From contig JBBPEB010000033.1 in assembly GCA_039096225.1 (NCBI GenBank), forward strand, positions 1,199,475 to 1,263,474: a DNA stretch of 64,000 nucleotides, read 5' to 3'. Positions 1 to 14,328 of this stretch are shown piece by piece. The notes under the pieces were generated by a model. That model ran no database searches and was not told the DNA's origin. It was given only the letters and a program-made list of their open reading frames with translations. Source of the DNA: Blastocystis sp. Blastoise. Lineage: Eukaryota; Protista; Bigyra: Opalinata. Within the stretch, counting starts at the first letter, position 1, and each line of letters starts with the position of its first letter. The translations under genes were made by a program, and so were the position numbers.

Positions 1-616
1 CTTTGAATTCTAGAAGCTATATCTGCCCTAACTGTAAAAGAAACATCATTCCACCTCTAGATACTGCCGACTTCACTTGCATTTGTGGAGAAGTAAGTTT
101 CTTTTTCTTATAATAACAGTTCCTTTTGAAATATTTTTGGTTTTTTACTAACTTATTCCATATATAGGTCTTAGCATTTGTCCAACCAACAGGATATGAC
201 GCTTATCAAACACAATATTATATGGAACCTATGTACTATCCTCAATATCCAGAATATCAAACAGCTCCTACTTATTCTTGCCCTCCTCCGATTGAAAAGA
301 GACCTCCTATGGAACCTTCAAGATATTATTCGCCACGCAACGTTAATTATCCAAATTCTTATATCCCAGAATATTATGAACCTCCTTATTACTATGAAGA
401 ACCAAGCTATTATCCACCAACTTATAACGAAAAGTATATATACCTATTTATATCATAGAATAATATATTTATTCTTTCCAATATTCATAAATTCACTATG
501 GTCTATTTTAATGTACGTCAATCGTTACCTTATTTAATGTTATATATAGTTCTCCTGTTTATCCTACGATGGCTGTGAATCAACCTCAATATTATCCTTC
601 TAATTATCCATATTAA
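1..616 (+). CDS. 3' part of a spliced gene: Zn-ribbon-like CxxC...CxC segment followed by a Pro/Tyr-rich low-complexity tail (5' end outside window)
   Basis: Exons <1-92 (YICPNCKRNIIPPLDTADFTCICGE), 169-433 and 550-616 join in frame across GT-AG introns; TAA at 614-616. Confidence 0.65.
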
Positions 617-2458
617 TTTTTGTCTCATTGTGTTTACTTCTTTTTTCTCATTTTTATTTCTTATTTTGTCCACACATTCATATGAATACATATAATACTT
701 GCTATTATCATTTGTTTTGGTGTCTTTCTCTTCTTTGTATTTATATATCTTTGTTATTTTTTTATACAAATCTTTTATTTTTTTTTATCTTAGATGTTCT
801 CTCTTGTAAACTATTTATCCTTCAAAAGGATTCATTTTTATTTTTATAAATACACTCGTTTCATTATTATTTTTTGTTGTTCTTATTGTTCTTGTAGTCA
901 ATGTTTATTTTATTCTTGTTGGTCGCACGTATTGACTCTCCCTTTATTTTTTTTTTGCTTGTTTTGTTATCATTTAGTTTTATCATCATTCTTTTATTAT
1001 AAATCATTCTCTATAAATGCAATTATTTTTGTAAACGTTCAAAATGCAATTGTAAGAAAATATTTGTTTGTTAATCTCTATAAATGTTTCCTCAAATATT
1101 TTTTATCAATACACAGTAAATACTATTTAAGGAAAGAATTGTATATTGTTAAATAACAAAAACACAAGAAAAACACTTTTTCAAATCTTTGTTTTGATAT
1201 AATTGTAATTAATAAACCATTCTCTATCCTATCTATCCTATTTGGATTCACAGAAATCTTAGAGACTAACCTAGTCACGAATTCAAACATATTCTAAAAG
1301 TGAATTATAATAGTTTCTACTCCATAGAAATCTTATCATAATGTATATAAATTATCAAATTATTAATATTCAAAATTGAATATAAAACAGTTAAAAGAAA
1401 AGGAAACAAATCACCAAACAAAAAGAAACCAGAAACCAACAACCGTTCATGTCTCCTCTAAGATTTTATTCAGATCTTTAAATAATCTAAAAAGATGACG
1501 CATCCTTAGTCATTAACGAAATCAAAAACAGTCAATTCACAAAGATCTTCCTCATTACTTGTTGTTGCTATTGGTTTTATACTGTAGAAAATTCGTTGCT
1601 TGAAATATAATGTATATAAACGTATTGTTGATTGATTAAAAGTTCTTCTGAAATCTCTTTTGATATTGAACACTTATTTCATATGAAAAGTTTAATGACA
1701 AAGAGAGTATCATAATCATCATTCTGAATATACAAATGAACGCAGAAATTATCATACTGAACTGCTTATAGTTACAAAGGTTTTTTCATACCAATATAAG
1801 AACATTAAATAATTGAAGTTTCAATAATTTCTGTACTGAAACCATATATTGCATCTTTTTATGCATGAAGATTTATAGTATTGCGTCTAAAATATAATAA
1901 ATAGATCCGATGAAGGAATAACTAATTTTTAACAAATTATTGTGAAATTGTTTTTTTTCACTGTTTTCATTTTTATTTTGCATCATTATTATTTAGAGTC
2001 GTGTCTACACTATATCCTCATTCTAATTAAGTATTCCAGAACCTATAATTTCAACAAGATTCTTGTTGATTAGTATTTGATTCTCTTGTATTAATAATTT
2101 ATACAGTTCATTGATTTATATATTTTATCAGAGACCTTTATAGACAAATAATAATAAATAAAGTCTTCAGAATGGGAAATGAGTACTCTCATCAATAAGA
2201 ATATGCCGTTCATTGAATTGAAACTGATTCATCAGTTGTTCGTATAAATTATAAACTATGATTTATAAAAATAGTATAACTTATTAATAAATATAATAAT
2301 CTACAGATCCAATTTATTAATTCATATTATATAGAAGTGTTCTACACATTAATTGATCGTTCTTCTTCATAAAATTAATTGAAACAAAACTTAAGAATAA
2401 AAAGAAAACGGAAGTCAATGAAAAGAACTGATTTTTTGCTTTAGTTTGTTTTTCAGTC

Positions 2459-3465
2459 ATGGAACCAGTTGGTTATCAGAGAAAGTTCAATTGGTCAATC
2501 TTTAAATCTTCTATGGGTGAAGGGGATCGATTATTTCATAGACCATCTATATTGCAAACGGTTATGTTAGCTGCTTTTCTGGCTCTCTTATTGCTTTACA
2601 ATATAAATATGCCAAACTACAATTCAGATACGGCGTTTTATGGTGCATTGTCAGTTCAGAATGGGATTCATTTTATTCTCGACACAGCCTCATCATCACT
2701 CAGATCAGATAAAATAAAAACATCGCTCTCTAGAGACATCGACATTACTCTTGCAACACATTCCACGTATTTTTATTCTTTTATTCCCTTTTTATTACAT
2801 TTCCTATAGAATTGATCAGCTTTTATATTTACATTATGTTGAAGAAAGATGGCCAGGGTATACTAATTCTATTTTTATGAATATTATTCATAACATTCTA
2901 ATTGTTTTTTCTAATTATAAACATTTTTAGAAAAATCAATATTGCCATCTGTTCTAGCTTTAACGATTCAACTATTGCTGCCAATTCCTTATCCTTAACT
3001 CATTCCAATAGAATTCATATATCAATGTATATAACAGAAGACCCAGATCGCTATCCAATCAATATTCTCCGAAATATCGCCATCCAATCAGTTCGAACCA
3101 CGTATTTTCTTATGATTGATATCGATGTCATACCTTCTGGTATATATAATTGTTTTTTTTCTTATTTAATATTTATTATTTTTATTTTTATTTCTTATTT
3201 ATATAGTTTATTTGTTTTTGTTTAGATATAAAATATATTACTTCTCTTTCTTATCTTTTCATATATATAGTTTGTTTTTTTTTTCTATATAATATGTATA
3301 TATATATATAGTTTATCTATATGAGCATTCATTATTGTATTTATCTTCAATCTCCTCTTTCTCCCATACATTCATGTATGTTATTCCCTACTTTGAAACA
3401 CAAAATACCCTCCCCAACAAGTCTTGCGCGCAATCCACGGAACAATGCCAATTAGAGTATATATA

Positions 3466-3515
<50 letters not shown>

Positions 3516-3673
3516 TTATTATTATTATTATATTTATTAATTTATTATTAACTTATTCTTATTATACGTATTAAACAGAAAACTAAAAGAGATTCCCGTG
3601 AATAAAAAACATTTAAAACGATGTTTAAAATCACAATTCTGTCTGGATCCCTTCCGTAAAGATTCAAAACATG

Positions 3674-3723
<50 letters not shown>

Positions 3724-4357
3724 AATTCATATATATAGAGTTATATACCTGACGCATTCTTCTTAAAGAAATCTGAGGCTGTGTCAATAGGGAATACAAT
3801 TCAATATTATCATGAACCGTATATATATATATATAGAATACAAAATGATTATATATTAATAATTATATATATAAAACTATGCAATAATAATATATATATA
3901 TAGTTATTTTATTATTGAGAAATCCTCCTTTTTACCCATATATAACGAGGCTCTTAGTATATATGAAGGTGATCGATATGAATATATAATACATTTATAT
4001 TGTAAGGGATATAAACCAGTTATACTAAATCAAGAGTTCCTTGTTCATCTATCCCATCCAATGTATATATATATATATATATATATAGAATCATTATTAT
4101 TGATTGCTATCTCATATTCTATATCTTCTATATATTATTATTTATATTCCTATATATATATAATCAATATTATTGATGGCTATTTTAACTAATATCTCTT
4201 CTATATATATAGATCTATAATAAAACGAAAGATCATACGAGATAGACTCTCTCTTATCCCTCCTTATTTATTCAGTATACTATCACACTATAAATTAGAA
4301 AACGATAATATTCAACATCCTTTATGTCAAGCTAATCTTACTCATTTTACTATATAA
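2459..4357 (+). CDS. Type II membrane glycosyltransferase, GT49-like (LARGE/B4GAT1 glucuronyltransferase-type domain)
   Basis: N-terminal TM anchor (VMLAAFLALLLLY); motif YPINILRNIAIQSVRTTYFLMIDIDVIPS with DxD; later F-L-V-H-L-S-H-P segment; multi-exon, last exon ends HFTI-TAA at 4357. Confidence 0.75.
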
Positions 4358-4655
4358 TTATATATACAATATTATATAAAGTATTCTATACAATACTATA
4401 TATAGTATTTCATATTATTCTTAGTGTAATTCTATTCGTATTTATATTGTGCTATACTATATATATATATAATTATTATTTATTATTATTTGAACTAAAA
4501 TATATGCTTGTTGAATTGTCATTCTGTTTTTTATTATATACTCATCGATATATTTATTTTTTAATATATTTCCTTTCTCTTCTTATTTTCATTTATTGTA
4601 TCAATCTATTCATTCTTTCTTTTTATTTCGTACCATTCTTTCACCATTTTTTTTC

Positions 4656-4687
<32 letters not shown>

Positions 4688-5068
4688 TACTTATTTCTTT
4701 TTAAATATTAAATTTATATTTTTATTATTATTCACATTTTATTGATATCTCTTTATATTTATTATTTTCTATAATGTTTCGTTTTAACTATTTTATTTTT
4801 CATACTAAATGTTATCTATTTATATATAGATAATAAAATATATATATATATGCAACAAATATTCATAATTAACATATAGTATAAAATATCATTAAGAATA
4901 AGCTATAAAGACATAATAATAAACAACTAAACAATAAATAGTGAATGATTCATATAAATATATAGAAAGAGATAGATTATATATTCATAATAACAACAAA
5001 AAAATGATTCAAAACATTAAAAAAAAAAGAAACAATATAATAATGTATACATAATTTCTATATATTAT

Positions 5069-5925
5069 TTATTTGGAGATACATAATTTAAATTCTTGGA
5101 TAATTCGTTTTAATCCAAAAATAAAATTAGTATCTATTTTTGTTTTATCTAATTTACACGAATGACCAAAATCAATTACATGAATTGTAGGATAATATTT
5201 ATGATTATCATCACTTGGAGAGCCTTCATATATTATCAATAAACTAGAACATATTAATCTATGTCCTCCAGGAATATAGAGAACTCGAAGAAGTTCTTCT
5301 AACTGAGAAACAATATCACATACAACAGAATCGACATCTTCAGGTTGAACAGACTGTAAATAATTTATAAATCCTTGGTGAATCGTATCTAGAGTCAATG
5401 AGTAACTATATTTCTTATCATAAATCCGGTATTCTTTGATCTTCGAATCATAAATTCGCATTCCAGTAAAACGAAACCCTAATTGTTGTTGAATAGGATA
5501 CTTAGATCTCTCCTTATCTATTTTACTTTGTGGCGCATCATCATCCCATGTTTGAGCACCTACTTTAATATCTACAATACAAGGATGAACATATTGTTTC
5601 GTTAAATCATCTAAAATAATAAAATCTATATCTTGCTGTGCTTCTATAACTATGTTCTTGATACCATAATACTTTGGAATAAAGGGCTCTAAATTTGGAT
5701 TTGTTTCATGTATATTTTCATAGAATTCCTTTTCAATATTCCTATATTTATTATCAATTATAGATATAGATCAGATGTTATAATTAATAAACGTTACCCT
5801 CTTCCATTTGATTGAAATCCTTTGTATATACAATTACCAGACTTTAAAAATCCTTCACCTGGCTTCTTGAAGGAATGCCCACCCACTTGATTTTCAAAAC
5901 TAGAGTATTCTTCTGATTGATTCAT
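5069..5925 (-). CDS. Inositol polyphosphate kinase (IPK/IPMK family)
   Basis: QVGGH near the N-terminus, PCIVDIKVG (PxxxDxKxG), GFRFTG, SSLLIIYE and IDFGH motifs; one short intron near 5745-5797. Confidence 0.9.
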
Positions 5926-6519
5926 TATTAATTAATATTCTATTTAAATGTAAAAAATCTCTTTAGGAAAATGTGTTCTTTTTTATAGCCAATCCTATTG
6001 TTTTCGAGCATCGAAAGAATCCCGTCTTCCAATCATATGATAGAATAAAGACAAACCTTTTCTCGTTTTTTATGGAATACTCTTTTAAAATGGACGTAAT
6101 GATATTGAAATGTTTATAAACGAATGTTTTTATGAACTCCTCAAGCTTTATGTTCACATAGATATATATATATATACCCAAAAAGAGGATATCTCTTTTT
6201 TTATGCATTACTATTTTATAAGAACCCAACATAAATTTTATTTCATAATAAAAAGTATTATAGACTTACCAAGATATGAAATCAATGTATTCGAAAATAC
6301 AATAAAAAATAATAATAGTAAAATAGTTCAGAAATATATATGTGTATGTATAAAAATTTATAATAAAAAAAATGCATTTATATAAAGAAAATAGTTGAAT
6401 AGAGATATATACAAAAAAAAAAACACTCTATTGAGTATAAATAAGAAAGCAAAAAAAAAATTTCTTTAAAAAGAAATGAATATAAATATATAGATATATA
6501 TATATATAGATATATAGTA

Positions 6520-6996
6520 TTACATATGATAATCATTAGGAACATCATAATTATAAGCTTCAAATTCTAAGTCACCCAATTGTTTACAAATATCATTCGG
6601 TACTAGCACTTGCTCTGCAGTATATAATAACTTTTGTTCTGTTAATCGACTTTGCCATACTTCATTTCTATTGGTATGATTGGTGAATAACTATATATAT
6701 ATAATAGTATTATTATTTCTATTATTATTATGTTTTTATTTGGAATAATAATGAGTATTAATAAGTAGACCAATATATATAAGAATATGATGATAATGAT
6801 GATATATATATATATATACTTGATAGATTTCATCAGAGGAATGATAAATAAGAAAGTCCTGTAATAGTGATAATATAGCAATACCCACTTTAAATAAATA
6901 TTTAGTTCCTTCAAGAATCATATTATCCCATATTCTCAATACAGTCTAGAAGAGAATCAGTATTAGTAAATATGTAAAATATATATAAGTAGAAGC

Positions 6997-7033
<37 letters not shown>

Positions 7034-8442
7034 GTATAAACATAATAAGTATAATAATAATATATATATACAGGAAGTGGGAATACCGATACAAAGGCGC
7101 GTTGAAGCCACCAGGGGAAGAAGAAGCCATACTCGATATTCAGCGACTGAAAGTGGCTGAAAACAACTGGTAAGCGAAGACTGACTAGTGACTTGAAACA
7201 TGATGTGTATTGACTATATATATAATAATAATAATAAATAGATGAACAATAAAATATAATAGATATTTATATCTATTATCAGTATACTATTGTTTAATAA
7301 ACTTTATATATAAAATAACAATATATATATATCACAAAATATAATAATAATAATAAAACTAAAAAGCAAATAATAATAATAATAATAATAAATAAATAAA
7401 TACATAAATAAATAAATAACAATAATAATAAGACTACATACCATTGAAGATCATCTCGCTGTTGATTAAACGCCAAGAAATGATACTTGGTCATCATGTT
7501 TGAAAAGGCCACAAACAGTTGATATTCATCGTCAATAAGAATAGCTAACACTCCTCCTATATACGACATAGCCTGGTGATAACCTATATCACTTCGATAA
7601 CAACTAAAAGCTTCTAGAACACGCTGTAATTTCTTATATAGATTACTGTTACAATGAAATAAATTATAACTTGCAAATGTACGAGGTAAATCTTTTTCTA
7701 TAGATTGAATTATATTCTCCCCGTGGGAAATCATAGGTAATATACATTGAGTATTATGATTTCCCATATTTTTATTCGTATCAACTCCTTTTTTCATATC
7801 ACTTAAATAATTAATATACATCGTATATAAAGATTTTGATATTCTTAATTCATTTCCTATTATATTTCTATAGAACATTCCTCTGTAGATTGTAGCTACA
7901 CCCTGTTTTACAGCAGCAGAGATTTCCTTGGTTATTTGACCTTTACTCTCAAATAATGGATATATCTTCTCACTCCATAATTGCTCATTTCTTAATTCTC
8001 CACGTAAAACATCTTTTCGTGCAGCAGTACTTAAAAAATTCACTTCTAAATCACCGTTTGATCGCACTATATGAGTATCTTCAGAAGGAAAAGAAGTTAA
8101 ATATAATGTATGACGGAATCCAGCAATAACCTTGGTTATTTTAGGGTTTCGAGGAGCTAATAATTCAGGAAGATAAAAAATCGGTTTTGTATTGGTTGGC
8201 GTATTTAAACAACTGTTTTTATTGGCTCCCCAGCCAATGATCCCTCCTTTATTTGTTAACAGCAACACGTGACTCATCTTAGCATCAATATCGATGACGC
8301 GTTCTCCGTCTTGAAGGATATCTTTAAGGAATACCGAAGTAGGAGTAGTAGAAGATATAGGAGCTTCAGCTATATATAGATATCCACACTTTTATACAAA
8401 TATAGAGGTATATATATAGTTAATGGATAAATAGAATACACA

Positions 8443-8501
<59 letters not shown>

Positions 8502-8681
8502 ATTCTTATTGATAAATGGAGATTGTATTCCGAGTTCACCCAATGAGGAGGTTCCCCAGGAGTATCTAAAGAGGGATTTGGAATAGTATTACAAAGATAC
8601 ATGCATAAATATAATTTTTTAAATATATATAGTATTTATTAATTGAATAATACATATATAGTGTTTATAAAGTATAATAAG

Positions 8682-8720
<39 letters not shown>

Positions 8721-8896
8721 CTCCTCTTTGAGTAAGAGCATAAACAGTAGTATATGCAGTACACACTTTAATAATACGATTCTCACTATCACGATTCTTA
8801 TTCATACCCTCTATTCTCCGCGGGGATGTAACATATTCTTCTGTTGTATATCCACCTTGATAGTTCTCCGTACGACCGGATATATATAATTCATTA

Positions 8897-8964
<68 letters not shown>

Positions 8965-9157
8965 AATAGAAGAGAAATCATATATATAAATCATATATAT
9001 ATAAAGAGAAATGATATATTTATATACTAAAAGTAAGGAAAAGAGTGTTATTATATCCCAAAGACACTTTAAATATATTCTTATTAAAGCAAGTAAGCTA
9101 TATAATAATATATATATATATAATAATAATAATAAATATAATAATATTAATAATAAT

Positions 9158-9194
<37 letters not shown>

Positions 9195-10071
9195 AGTAGG
9201 TACAAGTATATTTTGAAGAGATCCAATGCCCAACTGACCATCTTCGTTACATCCCCACATATATACATCATTCCCCGCGGTTATAGCACAACTATAGTTA
9301 TAACCACAAGCTACTTCTACTATTGTTTCGTTTAATAAATCCCCCACAATATGAGGGATCTCCGTCGAAATAGTATTCCCAAGACCTAACTGACCCTGGT
9401 AATTCTCTCCCCACGAATATACTTCCCCGCCATCCGATAGCGCCAAAAAGTGACTTTGACCGGCTGCAATTGATATTATACGAGTATTCTATATATATAT
9501 AAATATATATATACATATACATAAACAATTTGATTATATGATTATATATATATAAATATGTATATACATATACATAAACAATTTGATTATATGATTATAT
9601 ATATATATATACATTAAGTGCTCTGTATATAGAGAATTGTTGAATAAGAAGAGGAGGAGAAGCAGAAGTATGTGAATATGTATATACATCCCCAGAACGA
9701 CTTAAGAAACTATATATATATAAGAGAATGTATATATATACTAATATAAATATCTTATATATATATTAATATAAATATCTTATATATATTAATATAAATA
9801 GCTTATATATATATATACAGAGTGGTTGTTTCACCGATAGCAGCATCGGTTATTGCATAAGGATATAACCACGGGAATTGAAACTCACTGTTCTATATAT
9901 ATATAATATAATTGATATTTATTATATATAGTTATATATATATAATATTATAGAGTATATAGTATATATATATATATAATATTATAGAGTATATAGTATA
10001 TATAGATATATATATATACTATTTTAGGAATACCTTCAAGGGGTTGAGATGTCCATAAATATATATTATTA

Positions 10072-10126
<55 letters not shown>

Positions 10127-10559
10127 TTTGTTCAACTTCTTCATCCTGTTTTTCTTCTATATATATATATATATATATAATATTATATATATATATATAT
10201 ACCTGAAGATTGTTTCGGTGTTTCTGTTGATTTTTCCACGTGCGTCTCAGCTGTATCATTTGATGACGAGGCCTTCTTCATCAGTGACGGAATCAAGTCC
10301 GTTGTGTTACGTTTTGCTTGTTGAACAGCAAGATTCAGTTTGATTTTTAATTGGTCCTCATATTGTGCGATACACGTGACAATAGAAGAAGACGAAGTTT
10401 GATTGGATGGGAAATAACGACGAAATAATAATGATAAACTAGTCTATAAATAATTATATATAATATATATTATATTTCTATGTTATATATATTATACTTG
10501 ATAATATAACATCATTTGGTGATTTAGCATAAATACTTGAGTTAAGAAGTCTTCTTCTT

Positions 10560-10624
<65 letters not shown>

Positions 10625-11455
10625 ATTATCTTTACATAAGTTTAATAGCGTGTCATTTATGTTTTCTTTGAAGGAATCACATTGTGTGAATACGGAAGAT
10701 AATATATTCTTCTCATCTTCTATATATATAGATATATTATAAAGAATAAAAAATAAAAAAAGGATAAAAAAAAAAGAATAAAAATAATAAATAATAAAAT
10801 AATAATAACCTACGAATATCGGTTGCATTTGAATAGGGATATTCCGATAAAAATTGATGATAATTCTTTAATATCTCTGTAAAACCTATATATAATAATA
10901 GTATATAAGCAAATTCTTATACTTGAAATTTCATTTCGTTTTACAAATCTCTTCAAAACATCGCTATATAATAAATAAAAATAAAATTTACAAAATATTC
11001 TTATATTTACTTATTAAAGAAAGAGTCTAATAGTTCCTGCTTATATTTCTCAGTGAGACGAATTTGTTCTCGAATAAAATTGACCCATAATTTACGTTCA
11101 TCTACCGATTTTACTTCAAATACTAATGTCTATAAGCATGAATAATAATATATTGTATTGTTTCAAACCTAAATACATTATTATCTAAGACCAAACGAAA
11201 CTGATTATCAGATTCTTGAATAACTAAAATTAGTTTAGAGTTTTATGATATTCTAACATACAGGAAATGAATAGTAACTGAATTTTCATTTCTGGTGCTT
11301 CAGAAGCGTGAAAAGAAGCCTCAGAAGTATAAAGAGAAATGTAGCTACTTCTATATAGGTTAATATTTTTTTATAATATATGATTCTTCAATAGAAATGA
11401 TACGTCAAAACCATGTAACGATCTAAGGTTTCTTTCTCTTTTTTAAATTGGACAT
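6520..11455 (-). CDS. Multidomain PH + helical linker + RCC1 repeats + Rab-GAP TBC domain protein
   Basis: PH-like C-terminal helix (FEVKSVDERKLWVNFIREQI); RCC1 blades (VYSWGENYQGQLG, VYMWGCNEDGQLG, VYSWGTSSLGELG); TBC R-finger IEKDLPRT and Q-finger GYHQAMS. The exon junctions I checked stay in phase, one needing the AG at 10557-10558. Start codon uncertain. Confidence 0.75.
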
Positions 11456-12316
11456 TTGAAGAGTCTAAATAAAAATAAATATTCAAGATAATGTGTCAAG
11501 AAACATACATGCTACTTCCATTATTCTAACAACTTAATATAGAAGAAATACTCAAAAAAAAACAATTTATATGTTTTAGAAGTTGTTTCACAAAAAAGAT
11601 AATCACGATTTTTATTATAAAAATGTCTATAAATTTAATTTAACCATGAAAATGATGCTATTCATTATATACTCACTTTTATGGAACATCAATGCATTTA
11701 ATTAGTAGATACCTAGTAGTTTTTCTTTTAGGTTAGATCACAAACAGACTGTGATCTGTTTCCTCAAAGATTCTGATGAAGAATGAGACTGACGCTTGTC
11801 ACGTTATTTGAGAGTTCAGAAAAAATCATCTCTGTTATATTGGTGTGTATCTCGTTGAAACAACTAATTAACTTTCAATAATAACACTCTTAGAATTCAT
11901 GTTAAAAGATATAAAAATATTCGTTATTGTTTTCGTCTACTGTTCCATATGTATTACTTAAGTATGTGATGCATAGAATATTGATGGTTAAGCATCAATA
12001 AGCTGTCCATCCTATCCTAAAACAAAACAATGTGATTATCTTTTATTATCTGACAAGATAACAAGTTTGAAATAATGTATGTAAGACTTTGGATCTATTT
12101 AGAATATAGTTGAATCTAATACTTTTCTGAAACATTTTCAGTTTATATATATATTTGATTGATTAAAAACAAAAATGAATTCGTTCTTTTCTGGATATGA
12201 AAATTATGAATAAACTGAACATACTCTTCATTTTTTTAAATAATATATAATATTTGTGTATGTTTATTTTTTTATAGTCGTGAGATTCATCATATTTTCT
12301 ATATAGTAAACAAGTT

Positions 12317-13027
12317 ATGAGAGATATTACCATCATCAACTACATCAATAATCCCAATACTGTCAACATTGGCAATTATGTTATGAGTTATAATGAAAGA
12401 CCTTCTATGCAAATAGTGAATCAGTCAAATTTTTCAATGAATTCTTATTCTGACGATTGTATGTGTGATTCAGATAGCGAGGAATGTAAAGAAAAAGAAG
12501 AGACGCGTGAAGAAAGATTAGAAAGACTAGAAGAAATGAGAAGAGAAGAGGAAACAGCAAAACGTCTTCCAGATCTGTCAAGTCAGCACAAGACTCCCTT
12601 GCCGATGTTTTCATTTAGTCCTTTAGTTCCAAAGAATTCAATGAATAATAATACTCTTGGTCCAGTTGAACAACAAAAATCTACTACAAATGAATCCATA
12701 AAACCTGATTTGAAACATCTTCAAAAACAGGATATAAATGATAATTACAAGATCATCGATATAGGAGATAAGTATTTAATATATATAAAATTATGTGGTG
12801 TTCGTGAAGAAGACGTTGAGTGCCAACTAGATGACAATCAGTTATCGATTTCGTATAAGCGATCCATACATTGTTTTTCTGATGAATTAATAAAGGAAAA
12901 GTTTATGGAGAATATTGGAGAAGAAAAACATACGTTATTACTCAAATTATCACATGTTCAAATTGGAAAAAATCCTCAATTCACATTAGAAAATGGAATG
13001 TGTTATATTATCTTGCCTAAAGTTTAA
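12317..13027 (+). CDS. Small heat-shock protein (HSP20/alpha-crystallin domain) with long acidic N-terminus; intronless
   Basis: C-terminal pattern YLIYIKLCGVREEDVECQLDDNQLSIS...FTLENGMCYIILPK. Confidence 0.75.
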   Translation: MRDITIINYINNPNTVNIGNYVMSYNERPSMQIVNQSNFSMNSYSDDCMCDSDSEECKEKEETREERLERLEEMRREEETAKRLPDLSSQHKTPLPMFSFSPLVPKNSMNNNTLGPVEQQKSTTNESIKPDLKHLQKQDINDNYKIIDIGDKYLIYIKLCGVREEDVECQLDDNQLSISYKRSIHCFSDELIKEKFMENIGEEKHTLLLKLSHVQIGKNPQFTLENGMCYIILPKV

Positions 13028-13270
13028 TTTTATTATTATATATACTGTTCATATGTTCATATTGTTAGATTCAAAAGAAAATTTTTTTGTTATCTATGTG
13101 TTTTTTTTAATGTCTGACATCTAATGCATCTTTTCCAAAGTATCTGCATATAAAAAAGAATTTATAAAAAATAAATGCAAAAGTAATTAATCACATAATT
13201 GAATATAAATTATAATAAGAATTTTTTTGTTTTTTTTAGAAAAAATATTTATATTATTTGTTATTTGAAA

Positions 13271-13723
13271 ATGGAAGATCTTGAAGAAGAGAATCCTATT
13301 GCTGGTTATCTTCTTTCTTTTAATGGTATATAGTGTCTTGAATCTATCCATAATTTGAGTAGATGTATTTCGTGTGTTGTATTGGGAGACAATATTACTA
13401 TGTGTTGCTATCTTCTGCCTTGTAGGAATTATTATCACAATTATATCAAGAAATTGGAAGTTAATTTGGTTGCCATTCGCCTATTGTATATTTGGATTTT
13501 TGGCAACTTTTATTGATGCAGCTATCTTATGTATGTTTTAAATTATGTATGCATTAACTTTTAAACAATTATAGCTGCTACTTTGGCTGCATTATACATT
13601 TCAATTCCTTACTCGTTATCGAATCAACTTGTATTTTCCTTGGCTATATGCCATGCAGTTATTTTATGCTATCTCCAATTAGGACGAGACAAACGGTTGT
13701 CGAAACATACTGCTGTTTTTTAA
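13271..13723 (+). CDS. Small multi-pass membrane protein, TMEM170-like (absent from the ORF track)
   Basis: Three exons joined by two short GT-AG introns give MEDLEEENPIAGYLSFFN/DVFRVLYWETILL...AAIL/..ATLAALYISIPYSLS...LCYLQLGR...AVF-TAA with three hydrophobic segments; family call from recalled similarity only. Confidence 0.55.
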
Positions 13724-13908
13724 AAGATTATCTTTAATTGGTTGTTTCATGTATAATATTATTTTATAGTTTATAGAAATAATGATTTGTTTTAGTACAG
13801 AGTGTCATTTCGTTTAATATATATATTTATAAGAACACAAACAAAAAATGAAAAGAAATAATATTATAAAAAGCAAACTATATAAAAACGATAATAAAGA
13901 CATATAAT

Positions 13909-14256
13909 TTAGATAGAACTCATTGTATTATTTTCTGTTTTAATATTTAAAGTAAGATATCCTGCACCAGGAAGTATAAGAAAAGGTGAATAAGCATAAT
14001 CATCAAGTGTATTAAGAGCTGTTACACCTGTTAATACAAGAACAGGATCTATTTCTGCTAATACTCCCGCTAAAACATCTGTTTTCATATTATCTCCGAT
14101 TATACAAGTTTCTTTTTCAGGAACGTCTAATATTTGTTGGGCATATCTATATTCATAGAATTATTAACAAATGTGTATATATAAGGGTTTTAAGAAGCAT
14201 ATATATATTAATGATATATTTAATATATATATATAGTAATAATAAAATGATATATG

Positions 14257-14328
<72 letters not shown>

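Noticed and set aside
628-1156. ORFs 628-849 and 794-1156 rich in F/L/Y/C
   Set aside because: T-rich 3' flank; no motifs and no exon-like codon pattern.
11735-11820. Short hairpin AGATCACA...TGTGATCT and TGATGA/CTGA boxes as a possible C/D snoRNA
   Set aside because: No properly placed terminal D box or stem, and no recognisable guide sequence.
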